Source: Malacoraja senta (taxonomy: Eukaryota). Taken from it: 64,000 bases of DNA. Shown here one piece after another: positions 23,893 through 37,278 of this stretch (positions are counted from its first letter, which is position 1; each line of letters opens with the position of its first letter). The stretch is taken from the NCBI GenBank assembly GCA_038087875.1, contig CM075992.1, positions 4,962,001 to 5,026,000 of the forward strand. Reading direction: 5' to 3'. Below the pieces are notes generated by a model. It was given only the letters and a program-made list of their open reading frames with translations. It ran no database searches and was not told the DNA's origin. The position numbers were made by a program, and so were the translations under genes.

Positions 23893-24449
23893 TCTGGCTC
23901 AATGAGGTTTTACCACCATATTTTCCAAGGAAGACAGGGACAACCAATTTCTCCCTCCCAGGACTCCATACCCTGAGAAACAATAGGAACATTTGAAACT
24001 ACCATCACAGATGAAACTGTGCAGGATAAAGTGTGTGTGCCAAACATTTAGCATATTAATACTACAGCATTTTCATTTTCTGGGTACCTCCGTACTTTAA
24101 TCATCATTGATTATTGGTTGGGCGCTTGTGGACTTAACATCACTATTGCATTCGTAGATGTTATAATTTTAGAAAATTGACTGCAGTTTGAATTTCTACT
24201 TTAGATCAGTATGACACAATTTGCGCTAAAATAGTTTAGCTTTTATTTAGTTTAGTTTGGATGTACAGCACGGAAACCGGCCCTTGGGCCCACCGAGTCC
24301 GCACCGACCAGTGATCCCCGCACACCAACAACACTACCCATCACACACTAGGAGCAATTTTAAAATTCATACCAAGCCAATGAACCTACAAACCTGTACG
24401 TCTTTGGACTGAATGTCCAAGAAGGAACTGCAGATGCTGGAAAATCGAA

Positions 24450-24806
24450 GAAACATAGAAAATAGGTGCAGGAGTAGGCCATTCGGCCCTTCAAGCCAGC
24501 ACCGCCATTCAATATGATCATGGCTGATCATCCAACTCGGTATCCTGTACCTGCCTTATCTCCATACCCCCTGATCCCTTTAGCCACAAGGGACACATCT
24601 AACTCCCTCTTAAATATAGCCAATGAACTGGCCTCAACTACCTTCTGTGGCAGAGAGTTCCAGAGATTCACCACTCTCTGTGTAAAAAATTATTTTTATC
24701 ATCTCGGTCCTAAAAGACTTCCCCCTTATCCTTAAACTGTGACCCCTTGTTCTGGACTTCCCCAACATCGGGAATAATCTTCCTGCATCTAGCCTGTCCA
24801 ACCCCT
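24450..24806 (-). mobile_element. CR1/HER1-like LINE 3' end
   Basis: Near-identical to 14893-15247. Confidence 0.9.
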
Positions 24807-25317
24807 GTAGTTTGGTAAGGAAACGTATTTGCAAATGTCTCAATATCGTTCAGTCCAAAGTCGGACAAAAATCATGGCAAAGTATGACCAGTGGATGGCA
24901 ATGTTGAGTTGTCCTTCAAATTAAAAAGAAAAAAATCAAATTTATAGTTTGATCTGTTAAGTTTAGGGAATATTATGACATTCCTAGTGTGTATTTTGTA
25001 GCAAGAAAAATCTTTAAAAAAAAATTGAAAGGCTATTTCGAAAGACTTCAATGTAAGATGACTTTGAATAGGCACATGGATATGCAGGGAATGGAGCGGT
25101 GTGGGTTATGGGCAAGCAGATAGGAGTTGGTCTTGGCATCATTTTCAGCACAGATATTGTGGGCTGAATGCCCTGTACTGTTCCATACGATACGATACGA
25201 TAGAAATTTATTTATCTCAGGAGGGAAATTGGTCTGCCAACAGTTGCATAAGAAATTTAAAAAATGCAATTCAAAGTAGGATTGAGAAATTTGTATGCTG
25301 GTTTAGTTTAGAGATAG

Positions 25318-26074
25318 GTTTCAAAGGACTTTTATTGTCACGCACTGATTAAGGTACAGTGATATGCAAATTACCATGCAGCCATTCGAAAAAAAACCCC
25401 AACAAGACACACAACTACATAAAAGTTAACATAAACATCCACCACAGCGGATTCCCCACATTCCCCACTGTGTTGGAAGGCAAAAAAGTCCAATCTTCTT
25501 CCTCTTTATTCTCCCGCGGTCGGAGCAGTCGAACCATCCGTCGGGGCGATCGAAGCTCCCGCAGCCAGTGATCGAAGCCCCCGCAGCCAGTGATCGAAGC
25601 CCCTGCGTCGGGGTGATCGAAACTCCTGTTTCGGGGTGATCGAAACTCTCGTGTCGGGGTGATCGAAACGCCCGCATCGGGGCGATCGAAATTCCCGTGT
25701 CGGGCAAATCGAAACTCCCACGGCTTGGAGTTCCCGAAGTCGGTCTCTGACCAGAGACCACAGGCTCCGTGATGTTAAGTCCGCGGGCACCCGCGGTTGG
25801 AGCTCCGAGGTCGACCCCTGGCAGCTCCCTGTCGATCTCCAGCAGAGGACGCCAACTCCTCGATGTTAGGCTGCAGTGCAGACGGAGATATGATACGGAA
25901 AAAAAATCGCATCTCCGTCGAGGTAAGAGATTGGAAAAAGTTTCCCCCGACCCCATCCCCCACATAAAACAAGCAAAAGAACACTAAAAAATACATTTAA
26001 CACTACAATTAAAACACAAAGGAAAGGACAGACAGACTGTTGACGAGGCAGCCATTGCTGGCGCCACCTGGTGG
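25318..26074 (-). mobile_element. Unclassified CpG-rich retroposon with internal ~21-bp tandem repeats, inserted into a V-SINE tail
   Basis: Splits gtttagtttagagata|...|gatacagtgtggaaacagg; repeats gatcgaa(g/a)c(t/c)cc...tcggggt at 25548-25720; gtgacaataaa tail on -. Confidence 0.6.
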
Positions 26075-26311
26075 ATACAGTGTGGAAACAGGCCCTTCGG
26101 CCCAATGAGTCGGCACCGACCAGCGATCCCTGCATATTAACACTATCCTACACACACTAGGGATAATTTTACATTTATACCAAACCAATTAACTTACAAA
26201 TGTACATGAAAAGATTGTATGGATTGCTATTAATGATCCTAAGTTATATATTTTGAACGTAATACTGGAAATTGGCTATTGACTGACCTTTGACTTGCAT
26301 CTCCTGTTTAG

Positions 26312-26399
26312 GTCGCAAGAGACCATGTTGTTCAGGCATGGAAGTTTATTGAAGATCTGGGAGACATAAACTTGGATTATGGTTCGGGATATCCCAACG
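26312..26399 (+). CDS. RNASEH2A: RNase H2A coding exon 6
   Basis: ctgtttag|[30 protein letters not shown]|gtgaga; 88 nt. Confidence 0.97.
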
Positions 26400-26467
26400 G
26401 TGAGATTCGGTAATAGGTGGTCATGTTATCGGCTCAGTGGGGTGGGAAGTGGTTTGTTTATAAAAAT

Positions 26468-26845
26468 TTTAGTTTAATTTAGTTTAGAGATATATCACAG
26501 AAACAGGTCCACAGAGTCCACACCGACCAGCGATCCCTCCATATTCACTCTACCCTACACACACTAGGGACAATTTACATTTATACCAAGTCAATTTATG
26601 CTAAGCTGTAGAAAATGCAATTTCGTTCAAACCAAGCTGTTTGAATGACAATACAAGGCATTCTATTCTATTCTAAATTAACCTACAAACCTGTACGTCT
26701 TTGGAGTGTGGGAGGAAACTGAAGATCTCGGAGAAAACCCATGGGGTTACGGGTAGAACGTACAAACTCCGTACAGACAGCACCCGTAGTTAGGATCCAA
26801 CCCATGTCTCTGGCGCTGTAAGGCAGCAACTCTACCGCTGTGCCA
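26468..26845 (-). mobile_element. V-SINE (HE1-like) with a small internal insertion
   Basis: Matches the other SINE copies in the window. Confidence 0.8.
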
Positions 26846-27119
26846 TCTCACTACTGGGATGATTTGGAAAGTTTAGGCTAGATTTTCCAAGGGATGAAAA
26901 AGAATTGAACCTGTCACAAATTAAACTTTTTCATTGCCAGTGTGAGTTGTTTTTGTTTCTAGTTTTTTGCTGATACCTGCAATTATTTTCTCAGAAGTAT
27001 TTGAAGTAGAATGACCAAGGAAATCATAGGAAAAATAGGAATCAATAATTAATAAAAATGCAGACGTCAACAAAAAACTAGACACTAAAGTTTCTAGTTT
27101 TTAAGCATAGGTTAGTTTT

Positions 27120-27452
27120 ATGTGGAGAGGATGTTCCCACTAGTGGGAGAGTCTAGGACTAGAGGTCACAGCGTCAGAATAAAAGGATGTTCTTTTAGGA
27201 AGGTGATGAGGAGAAATTTCTTTAGTCAGAGGGTGGTGAATCTGTAGAATTCATTGCCACAGAAGGCTGCGGAGCAAAGTCTGGATATTTTTTAAGGCAG
27301 AGATAGATAGATTCTTGATTAGTGCAGGTGTCAGAGGTTATGGGGAGAAGGCAGGGGAATGGGGTTAGGAGGGAGAGACAGAACAGCCATGATTAAATGG
27401 CGGAATAGACTCGATGGGCTGAATGGCCTAATTCTGCTCCTATCACTTATGA
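27120..27452 (+). mobile_element. CR1-like LINE 3' end
   Basis: Homologous to 19555-19886. Confidence 0.85.
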
Positions 27453-27559
27453 CCTTTATCCAGCATATTCATTGCATTATTTGGGATATTATTGAGGCTG
27501 CAAGCTAGAGGGGGAATCGAAGATATGTTGGACTGAGCCCTTTTCCCTCATGAAGTACA

Positions 27560-28483
27560 TTACTTCAGGGAACGGGGGTTCCCCTCCCCCACTGTAGATG
27601 AGGCTCGCACCAGGGTCTCCTCCATACCACGCAACACTGCTCTCTCTGCCCATCCCCCCACTCGTAACAAGGGCAGAGTCCCCCTGGTCCTCGCCTTTCA
27701 CCCCACTAGCTGGCACATACAACAGATAGTCCTCCGTCAGTTTCGCCACCTCCAACGTGACCCCACCACTCGCCACATCTTCCCATCTCCCCCCTGTCTG
27801 CCTTCCGCAAAGACGGCTCCCTCCGTAACTCCCTTGTCAATTATTCCCTTCCCTCCCGCTCCACCCCTTCCCCGGGCACTTTCCCTTGCAACCGCAAGAG
27901 ATGCTACACTTGTCGCTTTACCTCCCCCCTCCACTCCATTCAAGGACCCAAGCAGTCGTTCCAGGTGCGACAGAGGTTCACCTGCACCTCCTCCAACCTC
28001 ATCTATTGCATCCGCTGCTCTAGATGCCAGCTGATCTATATCGGTGAGACCAAGCGGAGGCTTGGCGATCGTTTCGCCGAACACCTCCACTCGGTCCGCA
28101 CTAACCAACCTGACCTCCCGGTGGCTCAGCACTTCAACTCCCCCTCCCATTCCGTATCCGACCTCTCTGTCCTGGGCCTCCTCCACGGCCAGAGTGAACA
28201 ACACTGGAAATTGGAGGAACAGCACCTCATATTCCGCTTGGGCAGTCTGCACCCTAGCGGCATAAACATTGAATTCTCCAATTTCCGGTAGCCCTTGCTG
28301 TCTCCTCCCCTTCCTACCTCTCCCTCAGCCCTCGGGCTCCTCCTCCTTTTTCCTTTCTTCTCCCCGCTCCCCCCCCCACCCCCTATCAGTCTGAAGAAGG
28401 GTTTCGGCCCGAAACGTTGCCTATTTCCTTCGCTCCATAGATGCTGCTGCACCCGCTGAGTTTCTCCAGCATTTTTGTGTACC
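27560..28483 (+). mobile_element. Penelope-like retroelement 3' portion (GIY-YIG endonuclease) with hammerhead-containing terminal repeat
   Basis: ORF 27965-28291 RQRFTCTSSNLIYCIRCSRCQLIYIGETKRRLGDRFAEHL...; CTGAAGA-AGGGTTTCGGCCC-GAAACGTT at 28391-28418. Confidence 0.9.
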
Positions 28484-29489
28484 TTACTCTCCTTTTGGCC
28501 CTGTTCATTTTTATACCTGATATCAATTTCCTTTGCGACACCACACGAACATTGAGTTATTGAGAACGGCTGAATCAAGGTTGCTGTTCGACATGTACAG
28601 CCAACATGTTGAGGAAAAAATCGCAAATATTATTTCTGTGGAAATTGAGACTTGTAAAGGACGGGAGCATGAATTATTTAATTGTGACCTGATTGTTTCG
28701 TTTATGGTCACGTGCACTGAGATACAGTCAAAAGCTTTTTTATTGCGTACTATCCAGTCAGCGGATAGACTATACATGATTGCAACCAAGCCATCCGCAC
28801 TGTACAGATACAGGATAAAAGGAATAACATACAGTGCAAGGTAAAGTCTAATTAAAGATAGTCCAAGGGTTTCCAGTGAGGAGATGGTAGTTCAGGATTG
28901 CTCTCTGGTGGTGACAGGATGGTTCGGTTGCCTGATAACAGCAGGAAAGAAACATCCCTGAATCTGGAGGTGTGAGTTTTCCACACCTTCCAAATTCTGT
29001 ACCTCTTGCGTGATGGGAGGGGGGGGAGAGGGGAGAAGAGGGAGTGTCTGGGGTGAAATTCAAAGGTAACTAATTCTATTATTGTGTTCTCACTAAAGGC
29101 TAACATTATAACGAAAATAAATGTATATCAACAACGCTTCCCCTTAAAATTTTTTTATCTCTTCAATATTTGTGGTTTGGTTTTTAAGCTAATGATGGAT
29201 TAAAATGGTTTAGTTGCGATTGCACAAGCAACAGATGGGCTTAATTTAATTGACGGTGATTCCTTATGTACGTTATCTGGGGAGTTTTGACTTGTGCAAT
29301 TGTTTTTGATAATTGCCTTCGGTGATTTTGTCTATTCCCTTTCCAGTCGCAACCAGGGCTTGTTGCTGCCCATGTAATTCAGAGGCCATCTGACAGGTTT
29401 AAACTCGGGGCAAATGGATTTAGATTAGTGGCACCAACCAATCCATCACACTTAGCACAATGGATTTATATTGGAAACTGCTAGGGAGG

Positions 29490-30632
29490 GGTTCCTATGT
29501 ACCAGATCATCGGAGATGTCCTCATTCTTTAGGAAACGGGGGTTCCCCTCTTCCATTATAGATGAGGCTCTCACTAGGGTCTCCTCCATATCCCGCAGCT
29601 CCGCTCTTGCTCCCCCTCTCCCCGTTCGTAACAAGGACAGAGTCCCCCTTGTCCTCACCTTCCACCCCATCAGCCGTCACATACAGCATATGTTTAAGAA
29701 GGAACTGCAGATGCTGGGAAAATCGAAAGTTGACAAAAAATGCCGGAGAAACTCAGCAGATGAGGCAGCATCTATGCAGAAAAGGAATAGGTGATGTTTC
29801 TGGTTGAGACCCTTCTGCAGCCAGTCGCATTCAGCATATAATCCTCCAACATTTTCACCACGTCCAACAAATCCCACTGCTGGCCACATCTTCCAATCCC
29901 CACCCCTTTCTGCTTTCCGCAGAGACCGTTCCCTCCGCAACTCCCTAGTCAACTCGTCCCTTCCCACCAATATCACCCCATCCCCAGGCACTTTCCCTGC
30001 AACCGCAGGAGATGTAACACCCGTCTCTTTACCTCCTCCCTCGACTCCAACCAAGGAACCCGACAGTCTCTCCAGGTGAGGCAGAGGTTCACTTGCACCT
30101 TTTCCAACCTCATCTACTGTATCCGCTGTTCCAGGTATCAACCCCTGTACATCGGTGAGACCAAGCGCAGGCTCGGCGATCGTTTCGCTGAACACCTCCG
30201 CTCAGTCTGCCTTAACCAACCTGATCTCCCGGTTGCTCAGCACTTCAACTCCCCCTCCCATTCCCAATCTGACCTTTCTGTCCTGGGCCTCCTCCATTGT
30301 CAGAGTGAGGCCCAGCGCAAATTGGAGGAACAGCACCTCATATTTTGCTTGGGTAGCTTACACCCCAGCAGTATGAACATTGACTTCTTTAACTTCAAAT
30401 AGCCCTTGCTTTCCCTCTCTCTCCATCCCCTCCCCCTTCCCAGTTCTCCCACCAGTCTTACTGTCTCTGACTACATTCTATCTCTGTCCCGTCCCCTGAC
30501 ATCAGTCTGAAGAAGGGTCTCGACCCGAAACATCACCCATTCCTTCTCTCCAAAGATTCCGCCTGTCCCGCTGAGTTACTCCAGCATTTTGTGTCTACCT
30601 TTGATTTAAACCAGCATCTGCAGTTCTTTCCT
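29490..30632 (+). mobile_element. Penelope-like retroelement 3' portion (GIY-YIG), with a nested inverted terminal-repeat copy
   Basis: SSEMSSFFRKRGFPSSIIDEAL..., then ORF 30076-30402 NLIYCIRCSRYQPLYIGETKRRLGDRFAEHL; nested minus copy ~29690-29820; degenerate core at 30507. Confidence 0.9.
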
Positions 30633-30751
30633 ATACACCTATATATTTGTTACAGTTTTTCATCGTGAGGGGGGTGGCGGGAGGATCAATAGAGGACCCG
30701 GCGTGGGGGGACCGCCATGATGGGAGGGAGGTGGGGGACAAGCATGGACCT

Positions 30752-31498
30752 TGTTGTGTATTTGAGTGCTTAGAACAGACTTTAATAAGGCTCGGACACG
30801 GGAGTAAACTAACAAGCGTCTTTATTCCAGGACGCCACCTTGAGACTCCCTGTGCACATGCGTACTTGCACAAGACATCACAAGACATCACAAGACATCA
30901 CATATACTAATTACATATGCTAATTATATCACATACCTAACACTCCTCCCCCTTTAACTTGGAGGCAGGTAACACCATTTCTATTACATACCTAAAAGGC
31001 CTGTCTCACGAGTCTGCGGTCATTGGCGGTGATACAGGAAGTATCTACCGCTCGTGGACCGCCAGAGACCGCGGGTTCGGTCAAACGCACACTGCCGAGT
31101 GCTCACAAAAAATCAACACTGTCTAAAAATAATTTCTTACCGCACAGCCGGCGCCAGTGAGGCACGAGTGCGGCACGGTCACCGCCACAGCCGCCGCCAG
31201 TGCGGCACAAGCGCCGTGAGTCAAACTCTCACCGCCACAGCCGCCGCCAGTGAGGCACGTGTGCGGCACGGCCGCTGCCACAGCCCCACGATCCGAAAGA
31301 CGTCATCGCGTAGCGTGTCGCGTTGCGCGATGACGTCATCACCCGACGCCGCAAGCTCGTGAAACCGGCCGTACGGAGATCACTCGGCCCCCGCGCAGCA
31401 TCCGTGCGGTGCTCTCGTGGTTGCCGTGCGGTCCCCTTTTCCGGCGACGCCGCGCTTCACCGCCAATGACCGCAAACCCGTGGGACAGAGCCTTAACA
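30752..31498 (-). mobile_element. LTR-like element (TG...CA, polypurine tract) interrupted by a MITE
   Basis: On -: PPT AGTTAAAGGGGGAGGAG (30943-30959), then TGTTAGG...AATAAA...ACAACA (30942-30752); flanks gacct/gccct. Confidence 0.6.
30996..31493. mobile_element. GC-rich PIF/Harbinger-type MITE
   Basis: TIRs aaggcctgtctcacgagtctgcggtcattggcggtga / tcaccgccaatgaccgcaaacccgtgggacagagcct; TAA TSD at 30993-95 and 31494-96. Confidence 0.85.
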
Positions 31499-31662
31499 GC
31501 CCTGGTGCGGGATACTTTGTTTCTTTCTCAGTGCCATTTATGTAGCGACTATTTGCATACCTTGGGTCTACAAGCAAAGAATTTCAATGTGACTTGTCAC
31601 TTGTGACAATGAAGTATTCCATTCAATTCAATTGAAGATTTGATTGTCTTTGTTTACAACAG

Positions 31663-31786
31663 ACCCTAAAACGAAGGGATGGATGGAGAGCCATGTGGAC
31701 CCTATTTTCGGTTATCCACAGTTCGTACGTTTTAGTTGGAGCACAGCCCAGACTATATTGGATAACCGAGCAGTACCTGTTCACTG
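31663..31786 (+). CDS. RNASEH2A: RNase H2A coding exon 7
   Basis: ttacaacag|(D)[42 protein letters not shown]|gtatgt; 124 nt. Confidence 0.97.
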
Positions 31787-31981
31787 GTATGTAATGAATG
31801 ACTTGCTAAGTTAATCCACGGTTAAAGCGTTCTGTTTAAGGAGCAAACCTTAAGTCTGAGGAAAAGTCCCGACTCAGAATGTCACCTATCCATGTTCTCC
31901 AGTGCTGCTGCCCGACCTGCTGAGTTAGTCCAGCACTTTTCTGGAATAGATACATTATTTTTTATTATTGTTCCATTCTTA

Positions 31982-32301
31982 AACCCCTGTCCCACGGTAC
32001 GAGTTCATTCCAAGAGCTTTCCCGAGTTTGCCCTGATTCGAACTCGGAGATATATGGTAACGGCCACTCGTCGGTACTCGGGGCTCTCGTGGACATTTTT
32101 CATCATGTTGAAAAATCTTCACGAGTCTTCCCGTGCTTACCTGCTGTTAGCGAGTCTTCCCGAGTACCTGCCGTTAGCGCTAAGAGACGTCCCCGAGCTC
32201 CGACGTACCCGCTACGTTCATTCTCCGTGCTTACCACGAGTTAGATTTTTTTTAAACTCGGGAGAGCTCTTGGAATGAACTCGTACCGTGGGACAGGGCT
32301 A
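31982..32301. mobile_element. PIF/Harbinger-type MITE, same family as 17364-17693, opposite orientation
   Basis: TIR cccctgtcccacggtacgagttcattccaagagc; TWA flanks. Confidence 0.88.
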
Positions 32302-32752
32302 TAAGCTCTGCAATGATTGCAACACTCCAGCAGGTGGCTCCATTTCCATGTGTAATCACTCAGGAACGTTGCACTCAAGTGTATTGGAATATGGTGCTCG
32401 TTTTGATATGAAGGCAACACAATGTTACAGATAAATCCTCGAGGAAGAGATTTACAATTTCTTATTTTTATCACTTATTTTAGAAAGAAAAATGCCCGTG
32501 GCAGCTAATGTATCATTGTACACCTCGAGTGTTTTATGCAAAGAATTATTTTTGCAATGAGTCTGTCTTGTGTTGACAAGAATATATGGTTACATAAATA
32601 AGATGCTATCAACCACAAGGCAATGCGCAGGCATCTTTTTTTATGGTTGAATACATTTGCAAAAGTAGCAATAGTGCAAACTCAGTGCATGTAGATACAA
32701 GAATTAGGATGAATTCTTCCAATTCCTGCTTGACTAGATGGATAGGATCTGG

Positions 32753-33437
32753 GTGGCACGGTGGTAGAGTTGCTGCCTTACAGCGCCAGAGACCCAGGTT
32801 CGATCCTGACAACGGGTGCTGTCTCTACAGAGTTTGTACGTTCTCCCTGTGACCTGCTTAGGTTTTTTCCGGGAAGCTCCAGTTTCCTCCCACACTCCAG
32901 AGACGTATAGATTTGTAGGCTAATTGGCTTGGTATAAATGCAATTTGTCCCTAGTGTGTGTAGGATAGTGTTAGTGTACAGGGATCAATAGGCAATAGGT
33001 GCAGGAGTAGACCATTCGGCCCTTCGAGCCAGCACCGCCATTCAATATGATCATGCCTGGTCATCCACAACCAGTCCCTCGTTCCTGCCTTCTCCCCATA
33101 TCCCCTGACTCCGCTATCTTTAAGAGCTATATCTAACTCTCTCTTGAAAGTATCCAGAGAATTAGCCTCCACTGCCTTCTGAGGCAGAGAATCCCACAGA
33201 TTCACAACTCATGGGGTGAAAAAGTTTTTCCTCATCTCCGTTCTAAATGGCCTACACCTTATTCTTAAACTGTGGCCCCCTGGTTCTGGATTCCCCCAAC
33301 ATGTTTCCTGCCTCTAGTGTGTCCAATCCCTAAATATAATCTTATATGTTTCAATCCTTCTGCAGATCGCTGGTCTGCACGGACTCGGTGGGCCGAAGGG
33401 CCTGTTTCCGCTCTGTATCTCTAAACTAAAACTAAAC
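32753..33437 (+). mobile_element. V-SINE interrupted by a minus-strand CR1 fragment (~32989-33360)
   Basis: SINE head and V-domain, then CR1 tail, then SINE tail gatcgctggtc...ctaaactaaa. Confidence 0.85.
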
Positions 33438-33778
33438 CTCAATTGATCTTGCCTGAAGAAGGGCAAGATAGTTAACACATCCTTTTTTATTACTGCCTGA
33501 GGATGCTGGCTTTGACTTCACAAATCTAATCTTGCTTCTGAAATGAATTGACAACCTAATTAAAACAGTGGTCCCCACTTCCGTAGTTTGGTTCTACATT
33601 CCCAGGTAGATCAAGGCTTGAGTTGCTTTATATTGGTGTGCTTATCTAATGCATTCTGCAAAGAGTGCCAATAGTGCCAAATAAACATACTAATTTTTGG
33701 ATCATAGTATTCTGTAAATAGTAGTTGACATAATGTTGATTGTTACAGCGCACATCAGATGAAGGAAACATTGGTTAA

Positions 33779-34060
33779 GTTTCGTTTAGCGATACAGCAT
33801 GGAAACAGGCCCTTTGGCCCACCGGGTCCATGCTGACCAGCGATCCCCCGTACACAAGTTCTATCCTACCCACTGGGGACAATTTGCAGAAGCCAATTAA
33901 CCTTCAAACCTGTACGTCTTTAGAATGTGGTTAGAAACCAGAGCACCCTGAGAAAACCCACGTGGTCACGGGGTGATCGTACAAGCTCCGTACAAACAGT
34001 ACCCGTAGTCAGGATTGTACCCGGGTCTCTGGCGCTGTAAGGCAGCAACTCCACCGTGCC
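33779..34060 (-). mobile_element. V-SINE (HE1-like)
   Basis: Matches the other SINE copies. Confidence 0.8.
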
Positions 34061-34839
34061 GCTGGTTCAGGCATGGAGGAATGTTAGAGGCGGAAGTCAT
34101 CGGAGGGTGAGAATATGTTGTGGGTTTTATGTTGAAATTAAACTTGTTCATTAACACGCTCTATCTCCCTTGAATTGTGCAAGTTTGTAAAATCAGTGAT
34201 CTGATAGATGTCTTTCTATCACCAGCACAGCGGGTTGATAAATGATCTGTTTCTCTGTTTTCACCTTGTCTGGTTTGCCTGAAACCCTCTAGCTGATGGG
34301 CTTACTAAGTAATTTGCATTGATTTTATTTATTTTTGGAGTCCACTTTCCCAGCTCTTAACAGGCAGTTTGTTTCAGCGTGACAGGGTGAAAACAACTCC
34401 TGTCACCTTTGCTTTTAACCTTTTTGTTTTCGACTTTCACAGCAGTGACTTGTGTTGCTGCCTTGCAATGAGAAACGATTTTGAAGCCTTGTTGAATACA
34501 AACCATGCAATAGCACATCTGTGAGGCAAAATGTATTCCCAGTGATGTTCAAGAAGGAACTGCAGATGCTGGAAAATCGAAGGTAGACAAAATTGCTGGA
34601 GAAACTCAGCAGGTGCGGCAGCATCTATGGAGCGAAGGAAATAGGCAACGTTTCGGGCCGAAACCCTTCTTCAGACACTTTCCAGTGATTTTCATCACTG
34701 TCGTCCCCCCCCCCCCCCCACTCCCAAATTAACAGGCAGTTTCATCTTGAATAATTCCAGATAGATCCTCTTTTCGCCTACCAAAGACCTCATTACTGAC
34801 CTGAATCATTCTGGTCATCGCGCGTACTCATACAGAATA

Positions 34840-35192
34840 GTGAAAGGCTTGGATAGAGTGGATGTGAAAAGGATGTTTCCGCTAGTAAGAGAGTCTAGAG
34901 GTCACAGCCTCAGAATTAAAGGACGTTCTTTCAGGAAGGAGATTAGGATAAATTTTTTTAGTCAGAGGGTGGTGAATCTGTGGAATACTTTGCCGCAGAA
35001 GGCTGTAGAGGCCAAGTCAGTGGATATTTTTTAAGGCAGAGATAGATCGATTTTTGATTAGTACAGGTGTCAGAGGTTATGGGGAGAAGGCAGGAGAATG
35101 GGGCTAGGAGGGAGAGATAGATCAGCCATGATTGAATGGTGGAGTGGACTTGATGGGCTGAATGGCCTAATTCTGCTCCTATCACTTATGAC
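34840..35192 (+). mobile_element. CR1-like LINE 3' end
   Basis: KGLDRVDVKRMFPLVRESRGHSLRIKG. Confidence 0.88.
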
Positions 35193-35336
35193 TTTATTCC
35201 TTGTTCTTGTGAGAGCAGAAAAAGTTTCCTTGGTTTAAGCTCATAAACACACCTGTTCTGAAATGGCCCATTAGGTTTCAACAAATACAATTATTTTCTA
35301 GGTCTATTAGTTTAACTTCATTATGCACTTAAGAGT

Positions 35337-35690
35337 TTTAGTTTAGTTTAGAGATACAGCGCAGAAACAGGCCCTTCGACCCACCGAGTCCACGCCAACC
35401 AGCGATCCCCGCACACTCACACTATCCTACACACACTAGGGACAATTTTGCATTTATACCAAGCCAAATAACCTACAAACCTGTTCGTCTTTGGAGTGTG
35501 GGAGGAAACCGAAGATCTCGGGGTGAAAACCCCCCCCGCGGTCACGGGGAGAACGTACAAACAGCACCCGCAGTCGGGATCGAACCCGGGTCTCTGCCGC
35601 TGCAAGCTCTGTAAGGCAGCAACTCTACCGCTGCGCCACCGTGCTGATAGCAAGGCTAATGAAAGAGTTGGCAAAAACAGAGTGTAGGAG
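35337..35690 (-). mobile_element. V-SINE subfamily with a 5' extension (shared with 39020-39346)
   Basis: ...gcgccaccgtgctgatagcaaggctaa.gaaagagttggcaaa occurs in both copies. Confidence 0.8.
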
Positions 35691-36729
35691 TAACTCAGCG
35701 GGTCAGGTAGCATCTCTGGAGAATATTGGATAGAAAGGACACATCCATATTCTCCAAAGATGTTGCCTGAGCTGCTGAGTTATGCAACACTTTGTCATCT
35801 CTTAATTATGAGCTGCTTGTATTCTAATAACCAAGGTTATTAAATACTACTGGAGATCCATCTACATGTAGGTCCATCTACACTTGTTTAGAGTCATACA
35901 GTACGGAAATGGGCCCTTCGGCCCAACTAATTCATGCCGACCAAGATGCCCTATCGGAGCTGGTCCCATTAACCCATGTTTGACCCATATCCCTCTAAAC
36001 CTTATGTGAGCCGTTTCTCATAAACTCATCGCTGCGGTGTATACGTTTTGATTATGCAGGTTCGGCGTTGGAACTTTTAAAACCTTTTTGAGGTTTTTTT
36101 GCACCTGAGAAAAGTGGATCGGAAAGGCAGAGGAATCGGGATTAAAGCTCGTCAGTAAACCAAACAATGATGGGATTCATGAGGCCTTGGCTGTGGTAGC
36201 ACTTTGCACATTTCAAATCGGATGGGTTCAATGGTCTTTTGTGAGAGTTGAGCATGTAATCGTGTTGTTCTTCAGCGCAGAGCCAACGTCTTTTTAGCAA
36301 GATATTCAATTGAGCTGCCATCTGAAGCGGATGCCAAAAGTTCAGTGTTTCTCTTGAAGCCCTGTTCCCCCACTGTCTGCACTTGTCAATCTTACCGCGT
36401 CCTCTTGAACAGATTACCATTCATTAGTTTTGTGACTGCCAAAACTGTTTATGGCATTGTGCGGTGCACAATTTAGTTGCCATATTTCCCAGTGTAACGG
36501 TAGTAATCCTGCTTCCAAAATAACTTTTGATTGAAATTCTCTGGGATGTTTTGAGCTCACAGAAATTGCGACGTGAAGGGATCTATTTCTACACATCAAA
36601 TACTGACGGTTCTCCATAAAGCAGCAGGAATTGAGTTAATTGGCTTAAAAGGAAGAGGTTGTAAGAAATAATATTAAACTTGGGCGATTTGATTTCTGGT
36701 TTTCTACAGTGTGACATATGCGGCAATTT

Positions 36730-37100
36730 TAAGATGAATTAATAAGTTTATTGGCCAAGTATTCACATGCAAGGAATTTGCCTTGGTGCTCCGCCCGCAA
36801 GTGATAACATGACATACAGTGACAGTTGGGAATGACACATAAAACAATAAACATTAATAATAAAACATTATTGATTAAACATGTGAATGAAATAAAATAC
36901 CAGAGCAAAAGGAGGCTACAGATTTTTGGTTGTTGAGTAGAGCTACTACTCATGGGGAAAAAAAGCTGTTTTTATGTCTGGCTGTGGCGGCTTTGACAGT
37001 CCGGAGTCGCCTTCCAGAGGGAAGTGATTCAAAGAGTTTGTGGCCGGGGTCAGAGATGAATTTACCCACTCGCATCCTGGCCTTTGCAGTGTACCACAGT
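36730..37100 (-). mobile_element. Rex1/Babar-like LINE 3' end
   Basis: SDPGHKLFESLPSGRRLRTVKAATARHKNSFF, plus the 3' UTR also seen at 3525-3730 and 14605-14720. Confidence 0.8.
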
Positions 37101-37278
37101 GTCTGCCACACACAATGATACGCAAGATGGCGCCCAACCCAGGAGACCATTTGCATGCTAGCCACAGAAGCAGATCTACAATCACATATTACAATCGCTC
37201 CACGCTCTTAAATCTCTACTCCTACAGCGACATTTCTGACTTTAACTATGCTTGCACTTAACGTTATTCCCTTATAAT

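Noticed and set aside
36050..36180. Acceptor-like ttatgcag followed by unique sequence (possible extra exon)
   Set aside because: Stops in all three frames within ~50 nt; exons 7 and 8 already join in frame.
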